DNA of 64,000 nucleotides from Blastocatellia bacterium. GTDB lineage: Bacteria > Acidobacteriota > Blastocatellia > RBC074. The notes below the pieces were generated by a model. It was not told where the DNA came from. It saw nothing but the letters and a program-made list of their open reading frames with translations, and did not search any database. Of the stretch, positions 28,201 through 41,200 are shown in pieces (position 1 is the first letter of the stretch; every line of letters begins with the position of its first letter). The stretch covers positions 82,927-146,926 of the forward strand of contig JANNYF010000088.1 in the NCBI GenBank assembly GCA_031409955.1, read 5' to 3'. Both the position numbers and the translations under genes were made by a program.

Positions 28201-29108
28201 CCTGTTTGTTGGCGTTCCGTGGCGCGCAAGCGATCTGCTGTCGCCTGATTGGTCGCGCCATTGATGCCTCCCCAATACGAAGCATTGAGTGTGGTCGGCG
28301 TCGCGTTCCAGCGTTGTTGCCAGTGTTGCCAAGTCAATGAGCCGTGATAGGCATTGGTTCCACTCTTAGTCACCACGCTGATGCTCGCGCCGCTGCTGTG
28401 GCCTTTGGAAGCGTCAAACGGCGAAGTCTCAATCTTGATCTCGGAAACCGTATCAGCATACGGCAACGCGCCAACACGGCGCGAGGGTCCCGCATTCGGC
28501 ACACCGTCCATTGAGAATTCATTGCCGCCGACACTGCCTGCCGTCCCGATGGCGGAGGCTCCGACGTTCGAGTGTGGACCCAGGTAGTTGGCGTCAGCCG
28601 TCCATTGAATGCCAGGCACGGTACGCGCCAGGATGAGTGCGCTGTTATTCAGCACAGGCAAATCCATGATCTGTTTATTGGTCAAGGTCGTTGAGCCGCT
28701 GGCCGAAGTTGTTTCCAGCAAGGGCGCATCCGCCGTGACGTTCACGGATTCACTCGCCGCGCCGATTTCCAACGTCAGGTCGGCTTCAGCGCGAGTATTG
28801 ATGGTTAGGGCAAAGCCAGTCCGCACGGTCTTCTTAAAGCCGTTGGCAGTGGCGGTGATGGTGTAGGTTCCGGCTAACTGATAGGCCGCCTCATAGTACC
28901 CATTCGAATCGGTGACGAGTTGGGTTGTGCTGTTCGTTTCGGTGTTGGTGACAACAATCGTAACGCCTGCGACGACTGCGCCCGTGGCATCCTTCACGGT
29001 GCCTTGAATCGTACTGCGGGTTTCTTGTGCTACGCCGGAGCCGCCCAGCAACAGAATTAACCCTAAACTAATTAGGCTTAGCTGCAACCAGCGAAATTTG
29101 AAAGTAGG
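25275..29108 (-). CDS. TonB-dependent receptor-like OMP with carboxypeptidase-regulatory-like N-domain
   Basis: Start MPTFKFRWLQLSLISLGLILLLGGSGVAQE followed by TIQGTVKDATGAVVAGVTIVVTN. 1277 aa. C-terminal ...FMMRFTF. Confidence 0.85.
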   Translation of the reverse strand, partial: PTFKFRWLQLSLISLGLILLLGGSGVAQETRSTIQGTVKDATGAVVAGVTIVVTNTETNSTTQLVTDSNGYYEAAYQLAGTYTITATANGFKKTVRTGFALTINTRAEADLTLEIGAASESVNVTADAPLLETTSASGSTTLTNKQIMDLPVLNNSALILARTVPGIQWTADANYLGPHSNVGASAIGTAGSVGGNEFSMDGVPNAGPSRRVGALPYADTVSEIKIETSPFDASKGHSSGASISVVTKSGTNAYHGSLTWQHWQQRWNATPTTLNASYWGGINGATNQATADRLRATERQQTGRSNNYAGVVGGPVRVPWLYNGKDRLFFFFSYNGLKEVKTEEPLAVRFTVPTVKQRAGDFSELLAIDPVRYQIYDPRTARNVTGGVCGAGNTCVVRDPFVNNQVPIINPMAAAYLKLIPQPNNVPGVVGTDGLNNYLAAATPFNWDFENYGNRIDWVASQKHRVFGKWSYQNFLEDRADWTYETARGLHQNGLNRNNIAVVVDHVYTINSTTILNNSIAWNRYRDGNTQNAVQQSFGPDSVGLPSYLTAFAGDAKHLPVLDFSDNSNSDFSRTFSTPTRYSIGTVRGELTKIFKNHSTRFGYDLRQHYRQFNNPGNTSGVIQPRNTYLRQTNTTTTNGVGLLGLEWASFLLGAPGGSVSVTKNDSYYLTNPYYGFYVQDDWRVTSKFTVNLGLRMEREGGFKERYNRAIVGLDRTASLPIEAGAQAAYAAIALPELPASQFAVKGGSLYLNENGSHLSENLWLPRIGAVYSINDKTVVRGGYGIFFDTNNVLNNDLNQLGYSRTTATNVSNDNGLTFTSSNLTSAACRASASACTTIFSDPFPVQANGQRFLQPVGNALGVMAGVGRGIAYIPSDWKHARQQRWRFSVQRELSKSMVLEFAYLGSSSDRISIGQRLDPLPEQYWASGQYRNNTIANYLNGNVANPFRITNFASLQTSNPLLYQDMNGNGFFTGATRARSSLLRPNGHLNGSTNSRAPLGKSRYHDLELTLNKRFSNGMMYSVSLIRTWNQQATGFQNEYDTTPLWTESNNSRPYHFMFNALYELPFGKGKKFLSGSKIANAVVGGWQVSSIYHLQSGPAFGVGNWFYYGNDLRAFTKSRDERTTDAWFNWQLLPGAARDYTASNRAAYETRIRSLVPQAVLTAMGNICGSGNNVACTFENVTPVNFQPNSFHKRVFPSVLSWLRTSNMNQVDMNLARNFAITEGLKMQFRVDFINALNHVTYQGPNTDITSANFGKVTAQGNTPRWIQFMMRFTF

Positions 29109-29285
29109 CATGATGGGTCCTCCAAAATGGTGGGGTAATAGATAGATTGCAACGACAAGCCTCAATATGTCTTGTCAAAAGCCAAGCACGTGCGTTGACT
29201 TCTACAACCTTGCATTAAAAGGCAATTCCCGACCTTGAGCCGGCTACTTAGGCAGGCTTTGTTATTTAGGTTTATTGCCTTTGGG

Positions 29286-29326
29286 GCTACGAGCAAGCAA
29301 CCGCAACCAGGTCGCTTGCTCGTAGC
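29286..29326. terminator. 13-bp perfect stem hairpin downstream of the ROK regulator gene
   Basis: gctacgagcaagc-(15 nt)-gcttgctcgtagc. Confidence 0.5.
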
Positions 29327-29473
29327 TTTGGAATCATCCCAGCGTTAATTTAGAAACTGTCCGCATTGTTTGTACGGTCACTGATGTTTCTTGAAGTATC
29401 TTGTTCGAGACAACAACAAATATGCAACGCAACCAACTGGCTTTGAGCGATGAACGGCCACTCGTTCACTCTT

Positions 29474-30676
29474 TCAAGCCACTGTTGGAGCGCCAAAATG
29501 CTTTTGCAGTACCAGCGCAATTGTGCCGCGCAACCGTGGTTGGCTGGCGGGATCAGTCGGAACAATGCGTGGGGAGGCGTATGTAAAGGAGCGCTCCTTG
29601 ATAATTTGTTCAATGATTGGGCCAACCTGCGCCCAGGCACGCGTTACTTCGCCGACAATCACAATCACGTCCGGTGCCAGTCCTGTGACCAGCAATGCAA
29701 GCCCGACACCAATGTAATGCGCCATTTGTTGTAACGCCTCTATCGCTTTGGGTGCGCCCTGTTCCGCCAACCGCAAGACATCATCAAAGGTTGGGGCAGG
29801 CCTCGCGTCATTAGGCTTGCCATTGCGTTGTGGGGCAGTGGCCTGCGCATAAAAATGAACCGCCGCAGAGTTCGACGCATACATCTCCCAACAGCCATGA
29901 TTCCCGCATTTACATTGTGTCCCACCCTCAACAATGGTGACGTGTCCGAACTCGCCTGCTGCGCCTGAACTGCCGCGCACCAACTGTCCATTGACCATGA
30001 TGCCTGCGCCAATTCCTTCTGAAACCGTCACCGCCACTAAATTGCCGATGGCGTGATGCCCAAACCAGACTTCCGCCAGCGCACAGGCATTGGCAGCATT
30101 TTCCAATTCCACTGACAACCCGGTTGCCTGTTCGAGCGGAGTGATTAAATCTATATCACGCCAGCCCAGGTTGGGTGCAAACACCAATTTCTGGGTCGCC
30201 AAATCCACGCGCCCGGGCAAGCTCACCCCAATTCCTTCGTAAGAAATCTCAGGATGCGCCTTCATTAAATTGCTCAGGCGCATGCATAAAGTGGCGATAA
30301 ATTGCTCGGGGTCCTTGGCGGTTGGTAGCGATTCCTGCACCAAAAAGTGAGCGTTTAGATCAGCCACGCCCCAAGTCGTTTGGGTCGGGCGGATGGCCAC
30401 ACCAATGATCCCAATGCGCTCTTTATTCAGGTGTAGAAACCGGGGACGCCGCCCACGCGGTACATGCCCGGTAGCCCCTTCAGTAACCCATCTTTCCTTG
30501 ATTAGCTGTTCGGCGATCACCGAAACCGTACTACGTTGCAAGCGAGAATGTCGGGCCAAATCAGCGCGCGAAATGGGTTGATGTTGGCGAATCAAATTGA
30601 GCATGACACGGCGATTGATGTCGCGTGCCGTCTCACTGGTCGCTACCTGAAAATTGGTCAGATCAATCTTACGCAT
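29474..30676 (-). CDS. ROK-family transcriptional regulator (NagC/XylR-type)
   Basis: N-terminal wHTH (RADLARHSRLQRSTVSVIAEQL). ROK sugar-kinase-like body with the Zn motif CKCGNHGCWE. Confidence 0.85.
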   Translation of the reverse strand: MRKIDLTNFQVATSETARDINRRVMLNLIRQHQPISRADLARHSRLQRSTVSVIAEQLIKERWVTEGATGHVPRGRRPRFLHLNKERIGIIGVAIRPTQTTWGVADLNAHFLVQESLPTAKDPEQFIATLCMRLSNLMKAHPEISYEGIGVSLPGRVDLATQKLVFAPNLGWRDIDLITPLEQATGLSVELENAANACALAEVWFGHHAIGNLVAVTVSEGIGAGIMVNGQLVRGSSGAAGEFGHVTIVEGGTQCKCGNHGCWEMYASNSAAVHFYAQATAPQRNGKPNDARPAPTFDDVLRLAEQGAPKAIEALQQMAHYIGVGLALLVTGLAPDVIVIVGEVTRAWAQVGPIIEQIIKERSFTYASPRIVPTDPASQPRLRGTIALVLQKHFGAPTVA

Positions 30677-30814
30677 TACTACCCGGCAAACAGGGAAAAT
30701 GAATTTAATTCGAGAGGCGAACTATATGGATGGTAAAAACCTTTGTCAAGAACGTTTCAGGTGGGAATTCTCAATAATAATTGAAAAGAGTGGTCTTTGT
30801 TCCAAATCAAGCAA

Positions 30815-33208
30815 TCACCGCTTGCCCTTTAGTTCGGCGTTCAGCCGATAACGCTGGCCTTTCCGCATTTTTAATTTCAATTCTTGCTGTCCGTAGCGAA
30901 TCGTGATCGCTTCGCCGAGCAACGAGCGAACGGTTGCTGATGTGAGCTTACTGTTTTTCCAGGCAACATCCACTTCAAAGCCACCACGCGCCCGCAAGCC
31001 TGTGACGCTGCCTTCGCGCCACGCTTCCGGCAATGCGGGCAACAAACGAATCGCACCGTTGTGGCTTTGCACCAGCATTTCGGCGATGCCCGCTGCCGCA
31101 CCAAAATTGCCGTCAATCTGAAACGGCGGATGCGCGTCGAATAGATTGTCGTAACTGCCGCCCTGAAACCGCACGCCTTCGACATCTTTACGAAAGCCGA
31201 CCGGCGTCAGCAACAGCGTCAACAGCTTGTTGCAGCGATTGCCATCGCCAAGTCGCGCCCAGAAATTCAGCTTGTGCGCGAGCGACCAGCCTGTCGAAAT
31301 ATCGCCGCGTCCTTCGAGCGTTTTGCGCGCGGCGGCGGCGAGTTCCGGCGTCGCTTCGGGCGTAATTTCTGCGCCGGGATACAAACCCCACAAATGCGAA
31401 ACGTGGCGATGCGTCGGTTCTGGTTCGCTGTATTCTTCCAACCATTCCATCACACGCCCGCCTGAACCAACGCGCGTGGGCGCAAGGCGGGCGCGTTTTG
31501 CGCTTAACTCTTTTCTGAATTCTGCGTCGGTGTTGAGCAGCTTGGAAGCTTCGATACACGCGTCGAATAAATAACGCAGCAACTGCTGATCTATCGTTGG
31601 CCCCATCGCTACGTGAGCGGTTTTGCCGTTCGCCATTTGAAAGGCATTTTCGGGCGAATTGCCAAGCGCGGTTACGAGCCATTTATTTTTCGGCTCTTCA
31701 ATCAACATATCGGCGTAGAACCGCGCCGAGCCTTTCATCACGGGGTACGCGCGTTTGAGAAATTCTTTGTCGCGCGTGAACAGGTAATGATCCCAAAGAT
31801 GCTGACAGAGCCACGCTGCGCCCGTCGAAGTCGAACCCCAATTCGCCCCCTCGCCCGGAGCCGTGAAGCCCCACAAATTCGTGATGACATGCGCGACCCA
31901 GCCGCGCGCGTTGTAATACAGCTTCGCCGTGCGCTCGCCCGGTTTTTCGAGCGAAGCGATCAATGCGAATAATGGTTCGTGCAATTCTGACAGGTTCGCA
32001 TTTTCTGCTAGCCAATAATTCATCTGTACGTTGATGTTCAGATGCCAATCCGCATTCCACGGCGCTTGCACTTCTTCGGCCCAGATGCCCTGCAAGTTCG
32101 CGGGCAAGCCGCCGGGGCGCGAAGACGAAATCAGCAAGTAACGACCGAATTGAAAATACAGTGCCATCAACGCAGGATCGTTCGCGCCATTGGCTACGGC
32201 ACGCAAGCGCGCAGGCGTAGTTAATGCTGCTGTTTCTGGATTGGTTGGCAATGTCAGGCGCACGCGATTGAAATATTTTTGGTAATCGGCGACGTGCGCG
32301 GCGCGCAAGGTCGAGAAGTTTTTCGCGGAGGCTTTCGCCAAGTCGTTCGCAGAAGCGGCGAACGCATCAGCCGTTTTTCGTCCGGCAAAGCCCTGAAAAT
32401 TTGTTGCGGCAGTGATGAGAATCAAGGCCTCATTCGCATTCGTCACGCGCACGATGTTGCCGTCAATATTGCGCGCGCCGCCTTGCGACAGCACGCGCAA
32501 TCGCGTGGCGTATTTCATTCCCTTGCCGTCCGTGCCGTTGTTGAGTTGCCCGCTCATCAGCAATCCATTGTTGCCATCTGCAATTGTCATGAAGCGTTCA
32601 GGCCGATCCAGCGCGGCGTTGAAATTGATTGCGCTGGATTTATCTGCGGTCAATCGAATGATGATCGCTTCATCGGGGGCGCTGACAAACACTTCGCGCG
32701 TGAATTTCACGCCGCCTTGCTCATAGCTCACCCGCGCCGTCGCATCCGCCAGATTGAGTTCGCGTTTGTAATGGCGGGCTTCGGCGGTGGGAAATGTCAG
32801 CTTGAGATTGCCGAGGACTTGATACGAGCCGTATGGTTCATCCTTGCCGCGCGCGCGATTGGAGCCTTTCCCCAAACAGGTGAAATGCGCGTAGACCAGT
32901 TTTTCGGCTTCGTCATTTTTGCCTGCGAGCAGCAATCGTTTGATTTCGGGCAGGTATTGCGCGGCATCGGGACGGTCTGCATCCTGCGGCCCACCCGACC
33001 AGAGCGAGCTTTCGTTGAGGACGATGCGCTCTTCGTTCACGCCACCGAACACCATCGCGCCGAGGCGTCCATTACCGAGCGGCAAGGATTGCGTGAAGTT
33101 TGTGGCGGGCGTATCGAACCACAACCGTAAATCGGTTTGCGCCAGACTGGATTGTGCCAACGCAAGCAGCGCAAAAACAAATGTGAATAGTCGGATGGTA
33201 GGATTCAT
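30815..33208 (-). CDS. Glycoside hydrolase family 95 (alpha-L-fucosidase/alpha-L-galactosidase)
   Basis: Signal peptide [25 protein letters not shown]95 hallmarks are [19 protein letters not shown] and [13 protein letters not shown]. Confidence 0.85.
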   Translation of the reverse strand: MNPTIRLFTFVFALLALAQSSLAQTDLRLWFDTPATNFTQSLPLGNGRLGAMVFGGVNEERIVLNESSLWSGGPQDADRPDAAQYLPEIKRLLLAGKNDEAEKLVYAHFTCLGKGSNRARGKDEPYGSYQVLGNLKLTFPTAEARHYKRELNLADATARVSYEQGGVKFTREVFVSAPDEAIIIRLTADKSSAINFNAALDRPERFMTIADGNNGLLMSGQLNNGTDGKGMKYATRLRVLSQGGARNIDGNIVRVTNANEALILITAATNFQGFAGRKTADAFAASANDLAKASAKNFSTLRAAHVADYQKYFNRVRLTLPTNPETAALTTPARLRAVANGANDPALMALYFQFGRYLLISSSRPGGLPANLQGIWAEEVQAPWNADWHLNINVQMNYWLAENANLSELHEPLFALIASLEKPGERTAKLYYNARGWVAHVITNLWGFTAPGEGANWGSTSTGAAWLCQHLWDHYLFTRDKEFLKRAYPVMKGSARFYADMLIEEPKNKWLVTALGNSPENAFQMANGKTAHVAMGPTIDQQLLRYLFDACIEASKLLNTDAEFRKELSAKRARLAPTRVGSGGRVMEWLEEYSEPEPTHRHVSHLWGLYPGAEITPEATPELAAAARKTLEGRGDISTGWSLAHKLNFWARLGDGNRCNKLLTLLLTPVGFRKDVEGVRFQGGSYDNLFDAHPPFQIDGNFGAAAGIAEMLVQSHNGAIRLLPALPEAWREGSVTGLRARGGFEVDVAWKNSKLTSATVRSLLGEAITIRYGQQELKLKMRKGQRYRLNAELKGKR

Positions 33209-33224
33209 ACCTTGAAGTCTTCGC

Positions 33225-34550
33225 TCAATTGCCAAGCGGTTTTGTCTCGGTGCGGATCGGACTCGCAGGGATTTTGAATTGCTCAATTGCATCGGGCTTA
33301 CGCGGATCAAACGCAGGCACATCTTTCACCAGATATTTTGCAATGCCAAGTTGGTTGGCTTTGATGCCTTCGACGATGCACTTCGCCAACTCGTAGCTGC
33401 CGTAATTGTTGTGATGTGTGCCGTCGCCTTCTTTGAAGGCTGCGGCGGATTTGTCCACGCCCAACGCTTCATAAAACAATTTGCTCATCGCGTGCAAATC
33501 AATCAATGCGATTTTATCTTCCTGCGCCACTTGCCGCACGGCTTCGGGATAATCGCCGAGCGTGCTGAAGATTTTGCCGTCTGCGCCAAAATTGCGGCGT
33601 TGCACCGAAGTCACTAACACTGGAATACCGCCGCGTTGGCGCGTTTCGGCAATAATTTTTTTCAAGTCGGATTTGTAGGTCGTGAATGCGCCCACGCCTT
33701 CACCTTTTTCTTTTTGATCGTTGTGGCCGAATTGCAGAAACAGATAATCGCCGGGTTTCATCAGGCTCCAGACTTTGTCGAAGCGGCGCGCGCTCACAGA
33801 GCTTCGGATCGCTTCACCGGATTCAGCGTGATTCGCAACGCTCACGCGCACATCGAAAAAGCGCGGCAGCATTTGTCCCCAACTGTTGTACGGCTCGCGC
33901 GGTTGATCGCAGATCGTTGAATCACCGAGCAGAAAGATTGTGGGGACGTTCGCAGGTGTGATTTCTACCGCGCAAATCGCCGGGCGCGTGCCGTTGAATT
34001 CGAGCGTCAGCTTTTCATCCCACGCCCACCATTCCATTGTTTTCTCGCGGTCTTTCAATTTCACTGCGCCGCCGCCACTAATTTCAGGCGTGCGAATGTT
34101 GACGATAAACGAACGTGTCTCGAACTTGCCTTTCGCTGTCTGCACGCGTTCCAGCATCAGGCGGCGCAATTCGGCTTTGACCGTCGTGTCGGTCGGTTCG
34201 TTCGCATCGCCAATGATGACCGTGACTTTGTAATTGCCTGCGGGCAGCGCGACGGAAAAGAAAAACGGTCTGTCGCTGGTGATGAAATCGCTGCGTAGCG
34301 CGTCTTTCTTATCACGATCAATACTGGTAAGCGTTGCGCCCGGCTCAAAGCCATAACCAAGTTCTTGGCTGTACAGCGTTGTTGACTGCACTTGTGTGTA
34401 GCCGGAAGCGTTTTTGCCCGCGCCAAAATCAAATCTGAAAGATTGCTTTTCGGGTGCGGCAACCGAGGACCGAGGAGTTGCAAAAAGAGAAAGAAAAATT
34501 ACAACGACGACGAACCACGCTGCTGTCAGGGCTGAGACGATCTTTCTCAC
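33225..34550 (-). CDS. SGNH/CE12-type acetylesterase with an N-terminal ~190-aa beta-rich extension
   Basis: C-terminal half carries [13 protein letters not shown] and GHNDQ, matching rhamnogalacturonan acetylesterase. Signal peptide present. Confidence 0.75.
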   Translation of the reverse strand: MRKIVSALTAAWFVVVVIFLSLFATPRSSVAAPEKQSFRFDFGAGKNASGYTQVQSTTLYSQELGYGFEPGATLTSIDRDKKDALRSDFITSDRPFFFSVALPAGNYKVTVIIGDANEPTDTTVKAELRRLMLERVQTAKGKFETRSFIVNIRTPEISGGGAVKLKDREKTMEWWAWDEKLTLEFNGTRPAICAVEITPANVPTIFLLGDSTICDQPREPYNSWGQMLPRFFDVRVSVANHAESGEAIRSSVSARRFDKVWSLMKPGDYLFLQFGHNDQKEKGEGVGAFTTYKSDLKKIIAETRQRGGIPVLVTSVQRRNFGADGKIFSTLGDYPEAVRQVAQEDKIALIDLHAMSKLFYEALGVDKSAAAFKEGDGTHHNNYGSYELAKCIVEGIKANQLGIAKYLVKDVPAFDPRKPDAIEQFKIPASPIRTETKPLGN

Positions 34551-34619
34551 CGTATTCTCCCAGAAAAAAGGGGGAATCCGACAACTGCCGGATTCCCCTT
34601 GTGTGGTTGAAATTGAAGT

Positions 34620-37600
34620 TTAGAAAATGAACTTCAACGCGAGCTGAATGCGACGCGCGTAATTGTCCTGCGTCGAAGCTTGCACCGTCCCGAACTGTAC
34701 GACCGTTGGAGTTGTATTCGGTCCAGGGAAGAACGGGTGATTGAATGCGTTCAGGAATTCGGCGCGAAATTGCAGCGTCTTCCCTTCCGACAACTGCGTG
34801 TTCTTGAGGATTGATAAATCGTAGTTGCTCAAGTTGTCCGCCCGAATGAAACCGAAACGGAGCGGGAACGTCCGCACGTTGCTTCCGAGTTGTCCGGTGG
34901 CGTTATTCGCCGTCACTTTATTGAAGCCGGCATCGGTATTGAACCAGCGCGCGACGGTTTGTTGATCGCCGGGAAGGGCGATGGTTTTTACATCACCGTT
35001 GAAGATGATGTTGCCAAACCCCAGCGGCGCGCCGCTTTGATACGCGTAAATGCCCTGCACCTGCCAGCCGCTGACCACCCGCGAGATGAACCCGTTCGTG
35101 TTGCTCAACAAACTGCGTCCTTTGCCAAACGGCAATTCAAGGATGCCGTTGACGGTCATGCGATGCGGACGATCTACGCTGGAAATCACTTCGGTCGGAC
35201 GCGGATCAGCTCCGTTGAGCAGTTCGGTGGCTTCCATAAATTTGGAGTACGTGTAACTCGCTCCGAAAGTGAAACCATGCGTGAATCGTTTTTCCAACTC
35301 CATCTGCAACGAGTGATACCACGAATAGCCTTCGTTGGTCGTTGTGTTGACTGCGTCGAATTGCGGAAATGCTACCAACAGACGTGAACGCGCAATGTTG
35401 GTTGCACGAAAGACTGCGCCCGCCGTGGCTGGCATCAATCCGGCCAGCGGATTGCGTATGTTCGCCGACAGATAGTCGATTGTCGTCTGATCGCGGGTCG
35501 CGCTGGTACTCAAATATTTATTCGGCAGCGCGTTCAGGTTGCGCGTCATTTCGATGTGCGTCCCGCGATTGCCCACGTAACTGACTTCCGCCACGATGCC
35601 GCCGATCAATTGGCGCTGAAATCCGAGCTGCCAGCGTTGCATATACGGCGAAAGCGGTTTCGGATTAAAGAACGTGACGCTTTGTCCCAAGAATGTTGCC
35701 GGCCCATCCGCTGCCCCACGTGGTTCCGTGATGCCGTTCGGGAAGGGATTCGAGAGCGTGGAAAGAAAGGTCAACCCATTGTTCAGACTCGCCACGAACG
35801 GCGTCGCCTGGCTGAATCCGCTCTGGACAACATCGCCGCGTCGCTGTCCCAGAAAGCCATAAAAGATGCCGTATCCACCACGCACGACTGTCTTATCATT
35901 CAGTTTGTAAGCGAAGCCGAGGCGCGGCATCAGATTGTTTTTCGGCGTTTGATACAGACCACGCGGTTGACCATTCAGGCCGGGGAAGAGCAAGCCGCCG
36001 CGCAAATTGAATTGAGCCGCCGGAACTTCGGGCGTTGGGTTTAAGGCATACGCCGCGCGGGCTGCTGCTTCAAACGGTTGCACGAAGCTGGCATCGAAAC
36101 CCGAAACGCTGCGGTTGTAACGTTCCGTCAGCGCACCTTCAATCTCCCACCGCAAGCCGAGGTTGAGTGTCAGCCGTTGATTCACCTTCCAATCGTCGTG
36201 GAAGAAAATGCCTGTCGTGGTTGATTGTTCGGCGTAATCTGCCGCACGCGTCACGCCGCCGCTGCTGGGTAATCCCAGGAGCAAGGCCGCGACGGATTGG
36301 CCCAAACTTCCCGGCGCTGCTGCCGAATTATCAATCGGCCCGCGCGTCCAGGTGGAGTCAAAAACGAATTGACCGGTTTGCGTATTGGCAAAGAATTTGT
36401 CCGTCTCGCGGTACGAACGAAACTCCATGCCCGTCTTGAGCGAATGTGTCCCCAGCGATTTGTTCACGACCGCGACCAGCGAATGCGTATCGTTGGGGCG
36501 CAATTCACCGTTGACCCCCGTCCCCTGATAACCGGTGATATCGAAGCGCGGAAAGCGCCGAATAGCTTCGGGAATCAGCGCGTTATACGAAGCCGGAAAA
36601 CCGAGCGTCGTCAAATCCATGCCACGATTGCCCGGATTGGAATTGGTGCCGCGAATGAAGCGATTGTAGCCATACCGGAAGTTCAAGACGGTGGTCGAAT
36701 TGACCGTGTAGACGTCGTCGAAAGTCCCTTGCCGTGATTTGAAGATAAAGGCTTCACCCGTGGCGATGTTGCCAAAATAGTTATTGTAATCGCTGTCGCG
36801 ATCATACCAACTGGCGCGTCCAAAGATGCGCTGCTTATCGCTGATGACGTGGTCAATGCGAATGGTTTGCGTCAGGTATTTGATGTTTTCCAACAAGGCC
36901 GGATTCTGGAAATTGTTTGTGCCATCCGCATTGCCCGCTGTCAGCGGTTTCGGGAAGAAGCCGTCTATGACTTTGCGCGCGACGGGATTGATCATGTTGG
37001 CCGGAATAAGGTTGCCGATAAACGGGTCTTGTTGAAAACGTCCGCCCGCAATCGCGCGCCGCGTGAACGGATTAAAAATCTGATAGGGATGAACCGCGAG
37101 ATTGGTTGGATTCAAGGCTGGCACCAGCAGTTCAGAAAAATCTCCCTGCTTCATCTTTTCACTGGGTACGGTTGGCGTCCCGTTGTTGCGTGGGCGCGAT
37201 TCGGGAATCTTCTCAATGCCGTACATAAAGAATGTCCGGTTCTTGCCCTTGTAAACTTTCGGAATCCAAACCGGCCCGCCGACCGTGCCACCCCAACGGT
37301 TGTAACTGAAATCCGGGCGCGCGATCTTGTTCGCATTGGCAAAGAAATCGTTGGCGAACAGGTTGGGCGCAAGCTTCGTCCAATAGGCCGTACCGTGAAA
37401 ATTGTTCGTGCCTGCTTTGATGCTCAGGTTGGTGACGCCACCTTCGGTGTTGCCTGTCGCGGCGTCAAAGGTGGCCGTCTGCACTTTGAATTCGGCGACG
37501 AGGTCTTGCGGTGGAACGTAAGACGAAATGACTTCATTGGCATTGGCGGTCGCGGTGCTGGAGACGCCGTCAATTGTGATGTCGCTGCGATTGCCGCGCG

Positions 37601-38179
37601 TGCCGTCCATCGCATAACCGACAATGTGTGTCGGCTCGAAGGGGCGATCCAGGCGCTGCGAACCCGTGTAGGATACGCCGGTGGTCAACCCAATCAACTT
37701 GAATGGGTCGCCGTGCGCGATGGGCAATTCTGAAATCCGCCGTTGGTCAATCACCTGCCCCATCGAAGCGGTCGTCGTTTCGAGCGGCGAGCCTTCGGCG
37801 GTGACAGTAATAGAATCCTGTGCGCCGCCGACTTCCAGCGCGAGGTCGAGGTCAACGGTGCCGTTGACTTGCAACAAGACACCCTCGCGCACCAAGCGCT
37901 TGAACCCATTGGCTTCGACCGTAATCGAATAGGTTCCCGGCAATAACAATGGGGCCCGATAAACGCCTGATTCATTCGTCGTTAACGAGACAGTCGTCCC
38001 CATAGTCGTGCTGGTGATTTTGACGGTTGCATTGGGCACGACAGCCTGACCGGCATCGAAGATTTTGCCCGTAATCGTCCCGCGCGATTCCTGTGCGGAC
38101 GCGGGTAGCGCAAATGCTGCCGCCAATAAAAGCGCCGACAAAACGCTTCGCAATAAGTTGTCGAGTTTAATTTTCATAA
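34620..38179 (-). CDS. TonB-dependent receptor-like OMP with carboxypeptidase-regulatory-like N-domain
   Basis: Start [30 protein letters not shown] with the SD GGAG. Then [21 protein letters not shown]. ~1186 aa. Confidence 0.85.
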
Positions 38180-38297
38180 CTTCTCCTAAAGAATTCAGAC
38201 CGCGCAAGCGTTGTGCTTGCGAATTAGCCATCGGCAATGGCACGCACTGCCTTTGGAGCGATGCGTTGCCAAAGGGTTTCCCCCTCGCCAATCTTTT

Positions 38298-41200
38298 TTA
38301 GAACGTCAGTTTGAAGCCATACTGAATTTCGCGCCCGATATAGCCGGGACGCTTGTTGATGACCTTGCCGAAGTTCGCGTTATTGAAATCTACGAGGGGG
38401 TTGTCCCAGTTGATCTGGTTGAAGGCGTTGTAGGATTCCACGCGCACTTCAAATTTGTACCGTTCACGAATGCGGAATCCTTTGCTCAGCGTCATATCAA
38501 CTTGCGAAGTGCCAGGGCCAACCAAACCCTCATACGTCCACGCATTCTTGCGCACGATGTTCGCCGGATCAGCCGTGGTTCCGGCAGGTAACGCAGCAAA
38601 CACGGTCTTATCGAACCATTGACCAAAGGTCGGGTTCGAGATTTTCGGTGTGCCGCTGACAATCAGGTTTTGGTTGAAGATCAACTGACGGCCTGAATAC
38701 CAACGATTCGTCGTCGTCAATTGCCAGCCACCCAGCGCCATTTCAACCGCTGTGGGCGCGTTCTTCAGCAACCAGCGGCCTTTGCCAACCGGGATTTCCC
38801 ACGTCAGCGCGTGGTTGAAGCGATGCCGCGCAATGGGCAAATCACGCCACGTAAAATTACGGGCGTAGGCGGCGCGGTCATCAAAGAATTCCGTCTGGGC
38901 TTCGCGCTGATACGCATAGTTCACCAGCATGCTCAAGCCTTTGGCAAACGGACGTTGCGCTTGAAACTTGTACGAATAGACGTGCAAGTCGCGGCCTGCG
39001 GTGTTGGTCTGCGTGATCGCCGCGTATTGCGGATAGGGGCGCAACAACGAAGCCACCGTGACGTTGGCCGATCCATTGCGCAACGCGCCGGGGAATTTAT
39101 CAATCGTCAGGTAATTGCGGAAGGGATTGGCTACGGTTGCATTCGTGACCGAACGCGGATTGTCATACAGGAAGTTCGGATCAGCCTGGTTGAGGTCAAT
39201 ATCAATGGGCAGATTGAACCCGTTGTTGTAAAAGAAATCGAAGCTCACAACCGTGCGGCTCCAAATCTCACGTTGGTACGAGAGGCTGAAGCGGTCGTTG
39301 TTTTGCGGCTTCAAATTGTACTGATCCAAACTGACGGCATTGCCCAGATTCGTGTACCGTCCGAGCGTTTTTTCCGTCGGTTGTTGCAACGGATTGGGCG
39401 CGGTGCCAGTTGTGGGGAACGGATTGGAAACCGTGGCCAGCGGCACGCCGTTCAGTGGCGTCAGCACCGTCGTAATGGTGGAATAGCCCGTGTACTGATT
39501 GACGAAATCACCCAGCGGATCGCGGATTTTTGACGAGGGCGACATATAGCGCGCATAACCAAAGCGGAACACCGATTTGCTGTCGAGCTTGAACGCGCCA
39601 CCGATGCGCGGCATGAAGTTGGCTGCACTGCGAGACCACGCGTTGCGGTTGTTGGCATCCGTAAACACCCAGGCGCCGTTGTACGTCGGCTTGTACCCTT
39701 TGGTCGTCAACAGATTCAAAACAGCGGCAGGCATGTTCGGCGGCGTCGCCTGAAATTCAGGAATCGGGCTGGTCAAATCCAGTCGTTGCGACAACCGATT
39801 TTGCCGATCCACCGGGCCGGGTTCAAATTCCCAGCGCAGTCCCAAATTCAGCGTTAGGCGATTGTTCACTTTGAAATCATCCTGCACGTAGCCTGCATAA
39901 CCAAGCGTCACGACTTCCTGCACGGGCACGCGCCGACCGCTGGAGTTGTTGTCCACATAACCGAGCAGGAACGTCGCCCATTCGCTGCCCGAAATATTCA
40001 CGTTGGCATTGGAATTCTGACTCGCGGTGAGTTGTGGGCGGAAGTTCAAATTGATTGGCTCAAAGCGCGCGCCTTTGCCTTTGTCCACGCGCAATTCGCC
40101 ACCGAATTTGAGCTGGTGATTGCCTAAATACCAATTCATCCGCGCCGATCCGCCCCAGCCTTGCGGACGTTGCCAAAATTCTCTCCCGGTGCGCCCCAGG
40201 CGATTAGCGGTGCCAACATCTACTGCCGGATAATAAATATCGTCGCGTGTCAGCAAGGACGTGTACCAGGGATTGCTGGGCCAGAGAGCTTCAATGCCGG
40301 ATTTGCCGAGCAGGTTTGGCTCGTTCGCAAATTCGTCAATCAACTTGTGATAGTTGGCGCGCAGGTTCAGCACTTTGGACGACGAGATCGTGTAGACCGT
40401 ATCCGCCGCAATGCTCAGACCGTGGCGGTTGCTGCCCCCAGTCGGGAACAGTTTCCCTTGCGCGTCAGCCGTACCCGCTTCGAGCAAGCCGGTTTTGAAG
40501 TACCCAAAGCGCACAAAAGATTTCCATCGCTCATTGATGTTCCAGTCAAGGCGATTTGAGAGATTCCAATAATCAACATTCTCTGTTTTGGTGCCTTGCC
40601 AATTCAAGTCATTGCCCGGCAAATTGGGCAGCGGGATTTCGGCTAAAAGTTTTAGCGAAGTTGCATCGAACCGATTGATCGGAATGAGATTGCCCGCAAA
40701 GGCTGTGCGCACGCCGCTCGTGCCTGTCGCGGTGATCGGATCATAGATGGGGCGGACACACGGCGAGACGGTCGCGCCGGAACAGGTGCGCGACGATTGA
40801 CTGAAATTGCCTTGCCGTTCCAATGCAGTCGGTAACGTGAGCTTGACCGTAATCGGGCGATGGTCGTACCACTGCTCCCACGAGGTGAAAAAGAACAGCT
40901 TGTTTTTTACCAGCGGGCCACCCAGTGTGCCGCCGTACATTTTCAAATTTGTCCCGCGAAAAATCGTTTCATCCGCGCCCGCCGTGCGCACGATGGTGGG
41001 ATCGCCAAACGCGTTCAGGCGTGGGGTGCGGTTGTGATAATAGCCAGAGCCATGAAATCTATTTGTCCCTGATTTCATATTCAGAATCACGATGCCGCCT
41101 GCGCTGTAGCCGTATTCGGCGTCCACCGCATTCTTTTGAAAGGAAACCTCCTGCACCGCCTCAATTGATGGTGTGTAGGAAGTCTTGTAACTGGAGGTCA